A DNA stretch of 64,000 nt from an uncultured Gammaproteobacteria bacterium (lineage in GTDB: Bacteria; Patescibacteriota; Microgenomatia; UBA12405): NCBI GenBank assembly GCA_964605545.1, contig CAZSCX010000001.1, positions 16,148 to 80,147 of the forward strand, written 5' to 3'. The notes beneath the pieces were generated by a model. It was not told where the DNA came from, did no database searches, and was given only the letters and a program-made list of their open reading frames with translations. The translations under genes and the position numbers were made by a program. Positions 26,811 through 34,799 of the stretch are shown here, in pieces; the first letter of the stretch is position 1; each line of letters opens with the position of its first letter.

Positions 26811-28298
26811 ATGAGGAAGTTATTGTTTTTATTATGTTTAGGAATTTTTTTGGGTACAGGTGGTGTGGTGTTGGCAGAAACATGTAGTCCGACAGAGGTG
26901 TCTTTGAATAGGGAAAAAACTGGAGGAATTTTTTTGAATATTGGTAAAGATAATAAACCTGTGGTTCTTTATACGGAATATAAGACGAGTATGGTTACAG
27001 AATCGAGTTTTTTAAAATGTACGACTGACGATTGTAGTGATTTTGGGGAAGTTGATTTTTCTTCGATATTTCCTTTAGAAAATGGGGGAGTAGGTGTGTT
27101 TAGCGATGGAAGCGTGGCTTTTATGATGGTGAGTGAGGGTGAAAACAATAATATGTATTTTGTAAAATGTAGCGATAATAAATGTACTAGTTATACAAAA
27201 ACTTTATTTAAAAGTGATTTTGTTAAAGATAGTAATTTGAATATTTTTCGTAATTCTCCAGCCCAAGTTTTTATTGACAAGAACGATTTGCCTAATTTTT
27301 ATTTTCGGCAAAGTTTTACCGATGGAACTAGAATGGATCAATATTTGGATATATATCTAGTAAGATGTAGTAAAAAGGATTGTAGTGAATACAAAGTAAA
27401 TAAGATAGATAAAGTAATAGCTGAGGCAGCTATTGACGGTTTTTGGGGGCAAACTTTTGTGGTAGATAATGATGACAAAACTGTTTTGGAGTATTTGATG
27501 TTGGAATACGAAACAGGAGATTTGCAATTGGTTTTAAATTATGATGGAACAAAAACGATAATTGATGAAGCCGAGAATAGGTGCTACAACAGAAGTGAAT
27601 TGATGTTGCCGTCGATGTATTTAGGAAACGATGGTAATCCTGTTTTAAATTATATGAAAAGAGTTGGGAGTGCCGATAGTTGCACAACCAAATACATTAC
27701 GGTTTTTTGTAAAAATAAAACTTGTACAGAAAAAAATGTAATAGATACGGTTAAGGGTTTTAAAATGAGAAAAGGAAGGGAGGGTTATCCGGTTTATGAA
27801 TATTTGGATGGAGGAGACAGGGGGGTTATAGTTTGTAAAAATGCCGATTGTTCGGAAAAAACACAAAAGGCAATTTTGACCGGATGTAATCCTAATTTAA
27901 ATGTTACGTGCCCAGGTTTTGTTGATTTTAAATTGGACAATGAATATAAACCGGTTTGGTTGATAAATAGGGTGATTTCTAGTAAGAATATTTTGTCAAT
28001 TTATCGATGTTGTACGGTCGATTGTGGGACAACATTTGAACCTCTTAATTGGTATGGGACATGTAAAAACGTTGTGGATGAAACAAGAGGGTGTACTAAG
28101 TGTGAAAGTGATAATTATCAAGGAATTAATCGTTGGGGAGGGGATTATAATTGTAGTGGGGATTTAACAGCCGGGGATTATATTGTTTGGCGAGATGAAT
28201 TTTTTAAAAAGGGAACGGAGAGGGAGGCGGATGGGGATTGTGATGGTAAAACGAGTCTTTCCGATTATTCAAAATGGAGAGAGGAGTATCTTAAATAA
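26811..28298 (+). CDS. Secreted putative beta-propeller protein with dockerin-like domain (paralog B, tandem duplicate)
   Basis: Collinear with 25308-26783 and shares long identical peptide and DNA tracts. Confidence 0.75.
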   Translation: MRKLLFLLCLGIFLGTGGVVLAETCSPTEVSLNREKTGGIFLNIGKDNKPVVLYTEYKTSMVTESSFLKCTTDDCSDFGEVDFSSIFPLENGGVGVFSDGSVAFMMVSEGENNNMYFVKCSDNKCTSYTKTLFKSDFVKDSNLNIFRNSPAQVFIDKNDLPNFYFRQSFTDGTRMDQYLDIYLVRCSKKDCSEYKVNKIDKVIAEAAIDGFWGQTFVVDNDDKTVLEYLMLEYETGDLQLVLNYDGTKTIIDEAENRCYNRSELMLPSMYLGNDGNPVLNYMKRVGSADSCTTKYITVFCKNKTCTEKNVIDTVKGFKMRKGREGYPVYEYLDGGDRGVIVCKNADCSEKTQKAILTGCNPNLNVTCPGFVDFKLDNEYKPVWLINRVISSKNILSIYRCCTVDCGTTFEPLNWYGTCKNVVDETRGCTKCESDNYQGINRWGGDYNCSGDLTAGDYIVWRDEFFKKGTEREADGDCDGKTSLSDYSKWREEYLK

Positions 28299-28341
28299 TT
28301 TGATTGATTGACTTAGTATTTTAGGAATGTTTTAATTAAAT

Positions 28342-30822
28342 ATGAGTTTTAATGTACGAAGATGTGGATTGATACAATTACCTATTTTGATTGGAATTTT
28401 AATAATCTCAGTAGCAATTCCTGCCTTGACGGTTTTGGTACAAGAGAATCAAGATGTTAGAAATCGAGCGGCGAATGGGGATAAAATAATTTGTGAAAGA
28501 TGTAGTAAAAATAGTAGTTGTGAATGGGTAGTGTATGAAGTTGATGCTTCTGTGGGGTGTGATGTTTTATATGAATCACAGATGACTATTATTAGTAGGA
28601 CGGCAAAATGCGAATGTGGAAAAGTTGCTAATGCAACTGATTCTAGATGTGGAACAGTGAGTACCGGTGGGTGTACAGGGACAAAATGTAATGCCGCTGG
28701 CGATACATGTTGTATTAATTCTTTTAATGGTGGAACAATACCATATTGTGAAGCTGGTTTTGTCTGTGATATGAATTCAAGTTCAAGTTTATTTGGAAAG
28801 TGTATTAAACCTTGGAGTAGTACTCAACAATGTAATAGGTGTAGTAGTAATAGAAATTGTTATCGAGCCTATTTTGAAGCTCCTTATCCGGGAGATTGTG
28901 CTACCATAGAACCTCTTTCTACTTCTCTTATTAAATATGTTTATGAGGCTGGTTGTTGTGCTGGTGGGGGAGATACTACTCCTCCGACTCAAAAATGGTA
29001 TTACTGTGATGGGACACAGAGTACTTGTAAAGTAGATACCAATACTTATGCTGATTCAGCCAGTTGTTCGGCGGCTCATGGAGGTAGAACTTGTTATTAT
29101 TATGATGAAGAGGCTGGATGTAATAGTTTATGTGCAGCGGCGGATTATAAATATTATTGTGATACAACATGTAAAAAGACAACTGAAAAGTTTGCTGGTG
29201 CGGATTGTTCGGCAGTTTTGGGAAAAGCTTGTTATTCGACCAGTAATTGTAATGGAGTATGTCCAACTTCTGGAACTTCTTGTTCAGGGAGTGAAGGTAC
29301 AGTTCCAAGTGGATCTTGGGGGTGTCAAAGTTTGAGTACGAGAGCCTATTGTTTAAATGGTGTGTGGTCAAGCTCGAATAGTGAATATTGTCAGTACGAT
29401 TGTAAAGATGGTAGATGTAATTCAGCTCCGCCTACAACATGTAATGATTATCAGGGAAATCCAATTTCGGCTGGTTTTTGGGGTTGTAAGACAGCAACTA
29501 CAAGAGCGTGGTGTAATTCAGGTGTTTGGATAAATGATTATAATTGTGCTACGAATGGTGGTACTTGTGTGAATGGTGAGTGTCAAACTGTGGCAGCATG
29601 TAGTAAAGTTGGCGATACTTGTTGTTTAGGTGGTGCTACTGGGAAATTTTGTAATAATAGCTTAGTCTGTGGTAGCGATAGCAAATGTGCAAGTTCTTGT
29701 GGCATAGAAAATTACCCGTGTTGCTATAATCCGAATGGTGCTGGTACTTGTACAAACAGTTTCGGCTCTCCTTATTTAAAGTGTGTGGCTGACAAGTGTG
29801 TTAAAGATCCAGAACGATGTTTTTTGAATTTTGGTACTGCTACTACTGTGATATATGAGGATACTTTTTGCTATCGAGAGAGTGGAAAACCAGAGACGAT
29901 AAGAAAGTGTGAATATGGTGGTAGTACTACTTTTGTGACTAATTGTAGTTTTAGTTGTATGGCTGGTAGAAATATAGGAGAGCCTCTTGTTGCGGAATGT
30001 TGTGGTGGCTTGAATGAGACTTGTTGCTCTGGCACTGAGTGTTCTCCTGGTTTGAGTTGTATTAGTGGGGTTTGTAAGAATCCGACAACAAATGTTTGTG
30101 GAAATAGACCAGATGGGACAGCGAGAGTGCCTGGAGAATCATGGTGTGTAGATAATAAATTATATGAATGTATTAACCCAACAGGTACTTTGATAAATCT
30201 TAAAACTACTACTTGTATCGATGGTTGTATAAAACTTACCAATACTACAGCAAAATGTAATGTGGTGAAGAAATATTGGCAACATGATGCAGTGGCGAAT
30301 GGCTATAATTGTTCGACCGATAGTCGTTGGATGTGTACAGAAACTACTACAGTAACTAAGTTTGCCGATAAAGCTAGTTGTGAAAATGATGTTGGTTGTG
30401 ATGTTACTTTTTATAGATATACATGTAATCCTGTTACCGGTAATTGGAGTTGTGTAAATACACCGCAAACCGGCCAGCCTTCTTATTCGGAAGTAACTTA
30501 TGGATCTGCGGCAGCGGCGGAACAAAAATGTATTACTGATGATCCAAGTGATTTGTGCAAGAAAACATCTACTTGTTCAGTATGTTCAGAGGAAAAGAAT
30601 GGTTATGTTGGACCAGATAAGAGCGGAGGAGACTATAATTGTGATGGAGTTTTGACAACAGGTGATTATATTGTTTGGCGTGGAGAGTATTTGGATTATG
30701 TTTTAAAACGGGTTAACAAAAATAGATATGTGGCCAATGGTAATTGTAAAAATAATCCTGATTTGTATTATTTAACTGGAACTAGAGATTATTCTTTATG
30801 GAGAGAAAATTATTTAAAATAA
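28342..30822 (+). CDS. Very Cys-rich surface protein with pilin-like N-terminus and variant dockerin-like C-terminus
   Basis: RRCG|LIQLPILIGIL..., NQDVRNRAA; dense Cys repeats; GDYNCDGVLTTGDYIVWRGEY...DYSLWRENYLK. Confidence 0.75.
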   Translation: MSFNVRRCGLIQLPILIGILIISVAIPALTVLVQENQDVRNRAANGDKIICERCSKNSSCEWVVYEVDASVGCDVLYESQMTIISRTAKCECGKVANATDSRCGTVSTGGCTGTKCNAAGDTCCINSFNGGTIPYCEAGFVCDMNSSSSLFGKCIKPWSSTQQCNRCSSNRNCYRAYFEAPYPGDCATIEPLSTSLIKYVYEAGCCAGGGDTTPPTQKWYYCDGTQSTCKVDTNTYADSASCSAAHGGRTCYYYDEEAGCNSLCAAADYKYYCDTTCKKTTEKFAGADCSAVLGKACYSTSNCNGVCPTSGTSCSGSEGTVPSGSWGCQSLSTRAYCLNGVWSSSNSEYCQYDCKDGRCNSAPPTTCNDYQGNPISAGFWGCKTATTRAWCNSGVWINDYNCATNGGTCVNGECQTVAACSKVGDTCCLGGATGKFCNNSLVCGSDSKCASSCGIENYPCCYNPNGAGTCTNSFGSPYLKCVADKCVKDPERCFLNFGTATTVIYEDTFCYRESGKPETIRKCEYGGSTTFVTNCSFSCMAGRNIGEPLVAECCGGLNETCCSGTECSPGLSCISGVCKNPTTNVCGNRPDGTARVPGESWCVDNKLYECINPTGTLINLKTTTCIDGCIKLTNTTAKCNVVKKYWQHDAVANGYNCSTDSRWMCTETTTVTKFADKASCENDVGCDVTFYRYTCNPVTGNWSCVNTPQTGQPSYSEVTYGSAAAAEQKCITDDPSDLCKKTSTCSVCSEEKNGYVGPDKSGGDYNCDGVLTTGDYIVWRGEYLDYVLKRVNKNRYVANGNCKNNPDLYYLTGTRDYSLWRENYLK

Positions 30823-30825
30823 AAT

Positions 30826-32160
30826 ATGACAAATAATAAAAATAAACTTTTTGTTTTATTAATAATATTGGCAGTATCTATTTTTGGGTCGGTAATGCTG
30901 ACAAGACAAACACAAGAGCTAAGAAGGAAGGCAGCTGATGGTTATATTCAATCTTTTGAACCAGTTTCAATAACTGGTATGAAAGTGGGAGGGACAGCGT
31001 CGGTAACTGTTTTAGCAGAAACACCTTTAGGTTTTAAATCGGCGACTATTCTGATTTGTTACCCTGATTATTTGAAGGAACTAACAAAGGATGATATTAA
31101 ATTATCGGATTATTTTACAATTGATTTACCGCCGATTCGAAGAGTTGATTTGGGTTATAGTGGAAAAATTTGTTCGGTAATAGAGGCGATGGTGAGTATA
31201 GATGATGCAACTAAAACTGGAGCGCCAGCAGGAATATCTCAGGTGGCGAAGCTTACTTTTACCGGAAATAAGGTTGGAACTGGTGGTAAGATAGAAGCAA
31301 TTATTGGTCCTGTTTCCGGTAGAGAATATGGTAAAACGACCGATAAGAATTTTAGATCATTGGTTTCCGGTGATTTTACAGACGGACAAGATAAAGTCTT
31401 TAGCACTGTTGGGTCTGTTGATATTAGTGTTGAAGGTGATAAGAAATATGTTAGAGGAGATTGTGATTTTAGTACTGGTAAATATGAATGTACAGAGAGT
31501 GCTAATGGGACTATGGATTTGGCTACTTGTGAGACAGATACAAATTGTTATGTTAAAGGTGATGATTATGTTTTGAAGTTTAGAGTTATTTTTCCAGGTG
31601 TTTGGCCGCAAAATAAATTTATTGATGGTTATGAAAAAGTTAGTTTATTGGTTGAATCAGCAGTTGGTACGACTTGGTTGGGAGATGTAACAATGACAAA
31701 GGTGGCAAAAGAAGAGACAACCGATATAAAAGACGGTGATATTCAATATCAGGTGTATCAGGCGTCGGTGCCATTGAAAGGTTTTAATTACAACAAGGAT
31801 TTAGCGGTAACTATAAAAGGAGTAAAGCATTTAGGAATGAGGTTTGGCGAAGATAATCAAAAAGGTTGCTATAGATCGATGATAGGAAAAATTGGTTCGA
31901 CTAATGCTTTAACAAAAGATGAGACTACAACACCTTTGTTTAACTTCATTAAAACTCCATTACCGGGCGGTGATGTTGATAATAATGATATTGTGAATGC
32001 GGCCGATTATTCTCAGGTTAAGTCAAAAATGTTGACTTGTGATAATGCCAAGTGTGGGGAGGATATTAATGGTGATGGAATTATAAATAGTACTGATGCC
32101 AGTTATATTAATTTAACAGTCTCTGACAAATGTGGAGACTGGTGGACTACAGGAGAATAA
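30826..32160 (+). CDS. Cohesin-like + X-module + dockerin-like protein
   Basis: TM then TQELRRKAA; MKVGGTASVTV...LICYP...VAKLTFTG; PGGDVDNNDIVNAADY...EDINGDGIINSTD; C-terminal half resembles 14478. Confidence 0.72.
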   Translation: MTNNKNKLFVLLIILAVSIFGSVMLTRQTQELRRKAADGYIQSFEPVSITGMKVGGTASVTVLAETPLGFKSATILICYPDYLKELTKDDIKLSDYFTIDLPPIRRVDLGYSGKICSVIEAMVSIDDATKTGAPAGISQVAKLTFTGNKVGTGGKIEAIIGPVSGREYGKTTDKNFRSLVSGDFTDGQDKVFSTVGSVDISVEGDKKYVRGDCDFSTGKYECTESANGTMDLATCETDTNCYVKGDDYVLKFRVIFPGVWPQNKFIDGYEKVSLLVESAVGTTWLGDVTMTKVAKEETTDIKDGDIQYQVYQASVPLKGFNYNKDLAVTIKGVKHLGMRFGEDNQKGCYRSMIGKIGSTNALTKDETTTPLFNFIKTPLPGGDVDNNDIVNAADYSQVKSKMLTCDNAKCGEDINGDGIINSTDASYINLTVSDKCGDWWTTGE

Positions 32161-32161
32161 T

Positions 32162-32776
32162 ATGAAAAATATTAGTAAAAATACTTTTTACTGGATAATA
32201 CCAGTTTTTTGTCTTGTTATAATTTTTCAAGCGGTGGTTTTAGTAAATAGTACTTTAAACCAAAAAACTACGATGACGGCCAGTAAATCGGCAGATGTCA
32301 ACGATAAAGAGAGTCAGGTGAAATTAGTGCCGGAAGTTGATTTGGGTTTGGTGGCCATGGAAACTGAATGGAAAATAGGTAAGAAATATAAGGTAACTTT
32401 TGAGGCAACTTCGAAACAGACCAGATTAATAGATGCAATGGATTTATATGTCAAATATGATAAAGATGCTTTTACGGTAAGTAATTTACTTTCCGGAGAT
32501 GGTTTACCAAAACCAACTTCCAGCAAAATTAGCACCAAAACCGGTTTGTTGGTAGCTAATATTTATATTCCGGTGAACGAGAATTATAAAATGGAAAAGG
32601 CGGTAAAAAAGACACTTTTGACTTTTGAAGTTACACCAAAGAAGTTAGGGGATTTTACTTTTGAAATTGATACTGGAAAAGTAGTAAAAGAATCTGTTAC
32701 TATGATAGTAGAATCAAAAACTGCTAAGGTTTTACCTTTTGCAGCAGAGATGTTAGCGGTTAAAGTAATTAAATAG
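32162..32776 (+). CDS. Membrane-anchored single cohesin-like protein
   Basis: N-terminal TM; WKIGKKYKVTF...IDAMDLYVKYD...LLTFEVTPKKLG. Confidence 0.65.
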   Translation: MKNISKNTFYWIIPVFCLVIIFQAVVLVNSTLNQKTTMTASKSADVNDKESQVKLVPEVDLGLVAMETEWKIGKKYKVTFEATSKQTRLIDAMDLYVKYDKDAFTVSNLLSGDGLPKPTSSKISTKTGLLVANIYIPVNENYKMEKAVKKTLLTFEVTPKKLGDFTFEIDTGKVVKESVTMIVESKTAKVLPFAAEMLAVKVIK

Positions 32777-32781
32777 AATTA

Positions 32782-33474
32782 ATGAAAAATGTAATCAAAA
32801 TATTGCCCATTTTGATTTTGTTGATGGGTTTGTCGGTTAAGCCTGTAAGTGCAGCGGCGAGATTGACGTTGGATCCTGCGACAAAGAATCTGAAGGTTGG
32901 GGAATCAATGGAAATAGCCGTTAATGCTTATTCAGAAACAAAAACAGTAGCTGGTATTGATGCAGTAATAACTTTTGATTCTGCTAAGCTTGAAGCATCA
33001 AGTGTATCACTTGCCTATACTGGGTTGTCGTTTAAACAAACTGTATCAGGTAACAAGATTACAATTGCTTTATATAAAGAAAATTATACTGAATTGGGTG
33101 CGACGGCGATAAATGGCAAGGTAGCAACGATAGTTTTCAAAGCAAAAGAAACCGGTACAGCAACGGCTAGATTTACTTGTACAACTTCGACAATGACGGA
33201 TTCCAATATTTTGAATATGGATGGGGGAACTGTAACTGATATTATTTCTTGTGTGGACAATGGAACCGGTACTTATGAAATAAGTGCGTCTTCGTCAGCG
33301 ACAGCAACAAGTACACCGACAACAGCTGCAAGTAGTAATACAAATACACCAACTCCGATACAGACGACTACAGCGGCACAATTGCCAAAGACGGGTAGTA
33401 CCGAGACAACTGTATTCTTGACTATATTTGGGTTATTAGGTGTAGCTGGAGCGTTTATTTTGAGAGCTTTATGA
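32782..33474 (+). CDS. Cohesin-domain protein with S/T linker and LPxTG sortase signal
   Basis: Sec signal VSA|AA; LTLDPATKNLKVGESMEIAV...AGIDAVITFD...VATIVFKAKETG; LPKTG followed by a hydrophobic tail and R. Confidence 0.82.
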   Translation: MKNVIKILPILILLMGLSVKPVSAAARLTLDPATKNLKVGESMEIAVNAYSETKTVAGIDAVITFDSAKLEASSVSLAYTGLSFKQTVSGNKITIALYKENYTELGATAINGKVATIVFKAKETGTATARFTCTTSTMTDSNILNMDGGTVTDIISCVDNGTGTYEISASSSATATSTPTTAASSNTNTPTPIQTTTAAQLPKTGSTETTVFLTIFGLLGVAGAFILRAL

Positions 33475-34142
33475 GAGGTGCAGCGAAAGTAAAAACAATT
33501 TTGGTAATTATTATATTGTTATTGGTTGGGGTTTTAGGAGTAGTTGGGGTGGGAGCGGTTAGGACTTATATGTCTGGCGCAGCTGCAGATGCTGGACCAA
33601 AAACAGTCAGTGCAATTATAAGTAACGATGGTAGTTCGGCGACAATTAGTTTTTCGACTGACAAAAAGGTTATTCCTACAATTTTGTACGGGACTTCACC
33701 GACGACGATGTATTTGAGCAAGGTAGCGGCTGAGGAATCAACAGAATTCAATATAAATTTGTCTCCATTGAAAGCTAACACTCAGTATTATTATGCGATC
33801 AAAATTGCCGATACTACTTATGATAATGCGGGTATCCCTTATTCTTTTTCGACAACTGCCAAGAGTAGTAGCAAAACAACAGAAGCAGCGGTGACATCAA
33901 CACCTATACCGACGGTAGCGACTTCTAGTGCCAGTACCAAGACAGAATGTAATAAGGAGACTGATTATAATAATGATGGTGTGATTAACACTATTGACTA
34001 TGTACTTTGTAGCAGTGGCAAAGTAACCGGAGCACCGGCAGCGAGTGCCAGTTCGGCTCCAAGTTGTAGTGGAACTGATTACAATAATGACGGAACAATA
34101 AATGCCGTTGATGAACTGTTGTGTAGACAAAAAGCGAATTAA
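33471..34142 (+). CDS. Pilin-like N-terminus, FN3-like domain and split dockerin-like repeats
   Basis: MRG|AAKVK then hydrophobic helix; ATISFSTD...YG...LSPLKANTQYYY...FST; two TDYNNDGxIN(T/A)xD loops. Confidence 0.7.
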   Translation: MRGAAKVKTILVIIILLLVGVLGVVGVGAVRTYMSGAAADAGPKTVSAIISNDGSSATISFSTDKKVIPTILYGTSPTTMYLSKVAAEESTEFNINLSPLKANTQYYYAIKIADTTYDNAGIPYSFSTTAKSSSKTTEAAVTSTPIPTVATSSASTKTECNKETDYNNDGVINTIDYVLCSSGKVTGAPAASASSAPSCSGTDYNNDGTINAVDELLCRQKAN

Positions 34143-34159
34143 TAGGTAAAATATCCGAT

Positions 34160-34372
34160 ATGGCACTAATAGTCAAAAAGAAAAAAGGCGAATCTAAGGA
34201 TGATATTATCGGTAAATTCCGAAGATTGGTCTTGGAAGAAGATATTACTGAAGAAGTAAAAACCAGAACCGCGTATCAAAAACCGTCAGAATTAAGGTAT
34301 GCCCTTAAGAAAATTATTTTATGGCGGGAAAAATGTAGACGGCGAGCCAAAAAATCTCGAAAACATGCTTAA
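34160..34372 (+). CDS. rpsU: 30S ribosomal protein S21
   Basis: GES.D..I.KFRR, E.K.R..Y.KPSE and basic tail; precedes yqeY. Confidence 0.85.
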   Translation: MALIVKKKKGESKDDIIGKFRRLVLEEDITEEVKTRTAYQKPSELRYALKKIILWREKCRRRAKKSRKHA

Positions 34373-34799
34373 AGATAAAATAAAAGAAGATTCAGTCGTA
34401 GCTTTGAAATCTCATGATAATAGAAAGGTTGAGGTATTAAGGTATTTAATTTCTTTGATCGATAAAAAAGAAATGCAGTTGCCGGTAGGAGAAATGAAAG
34501 AAGAAGATGAATTATCGGTAATAAGAAAGGAATTAAAAAACAAGGAAGAATCCAAAGAAATGTTTTTAAAAGGAAATCGGAATGATTTGGTAGATCAGTT
34601 GGATTATGAAATTGCTTTGGTTAAAGAATATTTACCTAAGGGTTTGGATGAAGTTGAAATAGTAAAATTTGTTGATGAGGCAATAGCGAAGGTAGGTAGT
34701 AATTTTGGGATGGTGATGAAAGAAGTTGTGCAAAAAGTGGCCGGTAGAGCCGGTGGTGATGTTATTTCAAAAATTGTTAAAGAAAAGATCAGTGGCTAA
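34365..34799 (+). CDS. GatB/YqeY domain protein
   Basis: MLKDKIKED...ALK, F.KGNR.DL, YLPK.L, FGMVMK.V...GRA.G. Confidence 0.9.
   Translation: MLKDKIKEDSVVALKSHDNRKVEVLRYLISLIDKKEMQLPVGEMKEEDELSVIRKELKNKEESKEMFLKGNRNDLVDQLDYEIALVKEYLPKGLDEVEIVKFVDEAIAKVGSNFGMVMKEVVQKVAGRAGGDVISKIVKEKISG

Noticed and set aside
14268-30822. Recurring ~165 bp DNA repeats as a CRISPR array or DGR template/variable repeats
   Set aside because: They are coding gene ends kilobases apart, differences are not adenine-specific, and no cas or reverse transcriptase gene is present.
10633-34142. A classical cellulosome
   Set aside because: No dockerin-bearing glycoside hydrolase or recognisable CBM3; the only GH lacks a dockerin.
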